This document shows positions 7,421 to 9,596 of a stretch of 9,596 nt of DNA, piece by piece. The position numbers and the translations under genes are program-made. The notes under the pieces were generated by a model that searched no databases, had not been told where the DNA came from, and saw nothing but the letters and a program-made list of their open reading frames with translations. Each line of letters starts with the position of its first letter. Positions within the stretch are counted from its first letter, which is position 1. Source of the DNA: a virus (Duplodnaviria; Heunggongvirae; Uroviricota; Caudoviricetes); the IMG/VR virus record IMGVR_UViG_2706794686_000013; one strand, written 5' to 3'.

Positions 7421-7717
7421 NNNNNNNNNNNNNNNNNNNNNNNNNNNNNNNNNNNNNNNNNNNNNNNNNNNNNNNNNNNNNNNNNNNNNNNNNNNNNNNN
7501 NNNNNNNNNNNNNNNNNNNNNNNNNNNNNNNNNNNNNNNNNNNNNNNNNNNNNNNNNNNNNNNNNNNNNNNNNNNNNNNNNNNNNNNNNNNNNNNNNNNN
7601 NNNNNNNNNNNNNNNNNNNNNNNNNNNNNNNNNNNNNNNNNNNNNNNNNNNNNNNNNNNNNNNNNNNNNNNNNNNNNNNNNNNNNNNNNNNNNNNNNNNN
7701 NNNNNNNNNNNNNNNNN
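7421..7717. other. Unresolved/masked bases (297 N)
   Basis: Continuous run of n covering the 5' ends of both divergent regulator genes and the whole intergenic operator/promoter region between them. Confidence 1.
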
Positions 7718-8090
7718 ACAAGGGGCGGTAAGTCACTACCTAAATGGTCAAACCCCACTAAACCTTGAGGCTGTTCTAAAGTTTGCTGGCTTACTGAAAG
7801 TTCCCCCTGAGTCAATCAGGCCAGACATGGTAGATTTGCTGCAAATTGCAAGGATGTATTGTCGAGAACCACAGCAAGATAACATAGTCGCATTACCAGC
7901 AGACACAGAACAAACAGAGGATGAACTACCGTTTGCCGTAGAGCCGATGGAACGAGATTTAATCCATACGTTCAGAGCTTTTCCGAAAGAAGATCAAGAA
8001 CACATGCTTCAGGAGATGAAAGATAAAAAAGAATCAATGGATCGTACGGTTGCGCGGTGGTTAGCTGCACAAAAAGGCCGTCGCGCCTAA
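7718..8090 (+). CDS. HTH repressor-like regulator (CI/RacR-position; possible PaaR-type regulator of the downstream toxin-antitoxin pair), 5' end lost in N-run
   Basis: Visible 123 aa begin mid-HTH (QGAVSHYLNGQTPLNLEAVLKFAGLLKVPPE...), a recognition-helix signature of XRE-family repressors. Divergent to the cro-like gene. Stop at 8088..8090, only 19 nt before the antitoxin start. No S24 peptidase-like C-terminal domain seen. Confidence 0.6.
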
Positions 8091-8109
8091 ATCAGAGGAG
8101 ATATGTAAA

Positions 8110-8304
8110 ATGAGTACAGTCCTTTCCCCAATGGTTTCAGAATTTGAGACAGTTGAGCAAGAAAATAGTTACAACGAATGGCTGCGGGCCAAAGTAGCAG
8201 CAAGCCTCGCGGATCCCCGCCCGGCGATTCCGCATGATGAGGTAATGGCGGAAATGGAACAAATTATTGCCCAAATTGCTGCTGCAACTCACAGAGGTGA
8301 ATAA
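8110..8304 (+). CDS. paaA: Type II antitoxin, ParE-associated (PaaA-like)
   Basis: 64-aa ORF with GAGGAG SD 9 nt upstream. Its stop overlaps the toxin ATG (TAATG at 8302..8306), the classic antitoxin-toxin arrangement. Sequence (SPMVSEFETVEQENSYNEWLRAKVAASLADPRPAIPHDEV) resembles my recollection of the PaaA2 antitoxin of E. coli O157 prophages (unverified). Confidence 0.65.
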   Translation: MSTVLSPMVSEFETVEQENSYNEWLRAKVAASLADPRPAIPHDEVMAEMEQIIAQIAAATHRGE

Positions 8305-8594
8305 TGTTACCCGTTTTATGGCTACCATCTGCTCGTGATGATTTGCGCCAGATCGTAGCCTACATAGCTAAAGAAAATCCCGCGGCAGCACGCAGAATGA
8401 AAATTCGAATTGAAACATCCGTTTTGCCGCTCACAGAGCATCCTTACCTGTATCCTCCAAGCGAGCGAGTTCTTGGTCTTCGTGAAATTGTAACTCATCC
8501 TAACTACATCATCCTTTACCGAGTAACAGCATCAAGCATAGAAGTAGTAAATATTGTGCATTCTCGAAGACAGTATCCAGGCAAAAACAGTTAA
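8304..8594 (+). CDS. parE: ParE/RelE-family toxin
   Basis: 96-aa ORF (MLPVLWLPSARDDLRQIVAYIAKENPAAARRMKIRIE...LGLREIVTHPNYIILYRVTASSIEVVNIVHSRRQYP) showing the conserved ParE/RelE pattern: W.P.A..DL..I..YI near the N-terminus and GLRE...nYiIlYRV...ieVvnIvH near the C-terminus. Confidence 0.85.
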   Translation: MLPVLWLPSARDDLRQIVAYIAKENPAAARRMKIRIETSVLPLTEHPYLYPPSERVLGLREIVTHPNYIILYRVTASSIEVVNIVHSRRQYPGKNS

Positions 8595-8610
8595 TTATTC
8601 CCGCCGACAG

Positions 8611-8634
8611 AACCACCTTAGGGTGGTTTTTTCT
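8611..8634 (+). terminator. Rho-independent terminator downstream of the toxin gene
   Basis: Stem aaccacc (8611..8617), loop ttag, stem ggtggtt (8622..8628), followed by a T-run (ttttttctt), 17 nt after the parE stop. Confidence 0.55.
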
Positions 8635-8647
8635 TGCCCCAACAAAA

Positions 8648-8695
8648 AACAATAGCGATGCTATTTACATCAAAAAAAAATAATGATGCTATTGT
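8648..8695. promoter_or_regulatory. Palindromic / direct-repeat element flanking an A9 tract (candidate operator-promoter for the downstream small genes)
   Basis: aacaatagc (8648..8656) is the exact reverse complement of gctattgtt (8687..8695); gatgctatt occurs twice in direct orientation either side of aaaaaaaaa; tttaca is -35-like. No convincing -10 hexamer at canonical spacing. Confidence 0.3.
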
Positions 8696-8874
8696 TTCAG
8701 GCGTCAACCCACCCCGCCCCACAGAATGCAGGGCAATACTTCGAGTTACCAGACAGTGGTCAGGGGTTAAGTAGCCAGCCCGAGGCGTAAGAACATGACG
8801 GCAGGGTTCAATCTTTAACTATGCAGCAGGTTTTTTGTTCCGCCACCCCGGCGTTAAGGGGAAATGAGGTCAGC

Positions 8875-9027
8875 ATGGATACTATCGATCTTGGCAACAA
8901 CGAATCTCTGGTGTGCGGCGTGTTCCCTAACCAGGATGGAACGTTTACCGCCATGACGTATACCAAAAGCAAAACGTTTAAAACCGAATCTGGCGCGCGT
9001 TGCTGGTTAGCCAGAAACACTGACTGA
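8875..9027 (+). CDS. Small hypothetical prophage protein (50 aa)
   Basis: ATG at 8875 with GAGG 5 nt upstream (MDTIDLGNNESLVCGVFPNQDGTFTAMTYTKSKTFKTESGARCWLARNTD). The track ORF starts earlier (8821) but that ATG lacks an SD. Reminiscent of tiny early-left proteins of Rac-like prophages; identity unverified. Confidence 0.45.
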   Translation: MDTIDLGNNESLVCGVFPNQDGTFTAMTYTKSKTFKTESGARCWLARNTD

Positions 9028-9038
9028 TGAGGCTGACG

Positions 9039-9404
9039 ATGGAATTTAAAGATTTACCGTCTGATGTACAGAAAACAGCAGCTCATACATTGCATTCTGT
9101 GCTGCGAGAAATCGGGAAAGATATTGCAAGCGAGCCAGCAAAAGATCTGGCCCGGAAAATCAAGACCGCTTTCGTTGAGCTTTATAATGTTGGCACTGAC
9201 TCTGAAACTGTCGAGACCAAGACCGTAAGTTCACCAATATTCTCACTTGAGCCAAGCGTATTATCAGGTGAAATATGCACCGAGATTTCCAGCGAACTGC
9301 TTCCGGTAATACGAGAAGCAATTCGCCGTCGCGGTTTGGATGGAAGTTATGATCATGACGTTCTGCAAGTTCTCAGGACAATGGTGACTTCACTGGGGAT
9401 TTGA
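9039..9404 (+). CDS. Hypothetical protein (121 aa)
   Basis: ATG at 9039 (MEFKDLPSDVQKTAAHTL...) with GAGG 6 nt upstream. An alternative ATG at 9027 overlaps the previous stop (TGATGA), which would indicate coupling. No family recognised. Confidence 0.5.
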   Translation: MEFKDLPSDVQKTAAHTLHSVLREIGKDIASEPAKDLARKIKTAFVELYNVGTDSETVETKTVSSPIFSLEPSVLSGEICTEISSELLPVIREAIRRRGLDGSYDHDVLQVLRTMVTSLGI

Positions 9405-9536
9405 TCCCTGCGTCCTCTAAGCTTTTGATATAGCGGTCCTCCAAGAAGCGGTAAATTTTGTCGAAATCATCTTTTCCCTCTGGTTTATTCAGAGGATTAC
9501 AGGACCCGTAAGTAGCGGCATACATTTCAACCGTTT

Positions 9537-9596
9537 GGTAATGACTCCAACTTATTGATAGTGTTTTATGTTCAGATAATGCCCGATGACTTTGTC
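9537..9596 (-). mobile_element. IS1 insertion sequence, terminal 60 bp (IRR end); element body continues beyond the window end
   Basis: 9537..9596 reads ggtaatgactccaacttattgatagtgttttatgttcagataatgcccgatgactttgtc, the reverse complement of the IS1 right end (...gacaaagtcatcgggcattatctgaacataaaacactatcaataagttggagtcattacc). Same orientation as the copy at 1..90. Confidence 0.9.
9552..9596 (-). CDS. insB: IS1 transposase InsB, C-terminal end (partial; rest beyond window)
   Basis: Minus-strand translation gives ...DKVIGHYLNIKHYQ followed by stop (TAA at 9552..9554), matching the known InsB C-terminus. Confidence 0.8.
   Translation of the reverse strand, partial: DKVIGHYLNIKHYQ

Noticed and set aside
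8137-8328. Minus-strand 63-aa ORF overlapping the antitoxin gene
   Set aside because: Antisense to a well-supported antitoxin-toxin pair and lacks an SD; most likely a shadow ORF.
9373-9596. Minus-strand open frame running from the window end through the IS1 terminus to a stop at 9373
   Set aside because: Inside IS1 it is not the InsB frame (InsB ends with TAA at 9552..9554), so the long open frame is a chimera; only the non-IS1 part is retained as a possible truncated gene fragment.
1-9596. tRNA or tmRNA gene, integrase or attachment site
   Set aside because: No cloverleaf-compatible segment with conserved T-loop (GTTCRANNC) or acceptor-stem and CCA context was seen, and no integrase-like ORF is present; the prophage ends appear replaced by IS1.

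Overview
The window is a 9.4 kb segment bracketed by two partial IS1 copies in the same orientation (1..90 and 9537..9596), enclosing a lambdoid/Rac-like prophage immunity and replication remnant plus accessory cargo. On the minus strand, one leftward operon runs from a Cro/YdaS-like gene (5' end lost in an N-run) through a YdaT/CII-like gene, an O-like replication initiator with two internal iteron arrays (ori-like), a DnaC-like helicase loader and three uncharacterised small proteins, then a noticeably AT-richer two-gene restriction-modification-like cassette (gamma-class N6-adenine methyltransferase overlapping a 360-aa putative endonuclease). On the plus strand, a divergent HTH repressor-like regulator (5' end in the same N-run) is followed 19 nt later by an antitoxin and ParE-family toxin pair with a rho-independent terminator, then two small hypothetical genes. 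Two N-runs (5466..5686 and 7421..7717) hide the O/P junction and the whole divergent operator region. Nothing here is proven novel; the best candidates for follow-up are the methyltransferase partner protein, the regulator-antitoxin-ParE operon, and the IS1-bounded unit that combines a replication module with two addiction-type modules. All calls are made by eye from the sequence and the ORF track; no searches were run.
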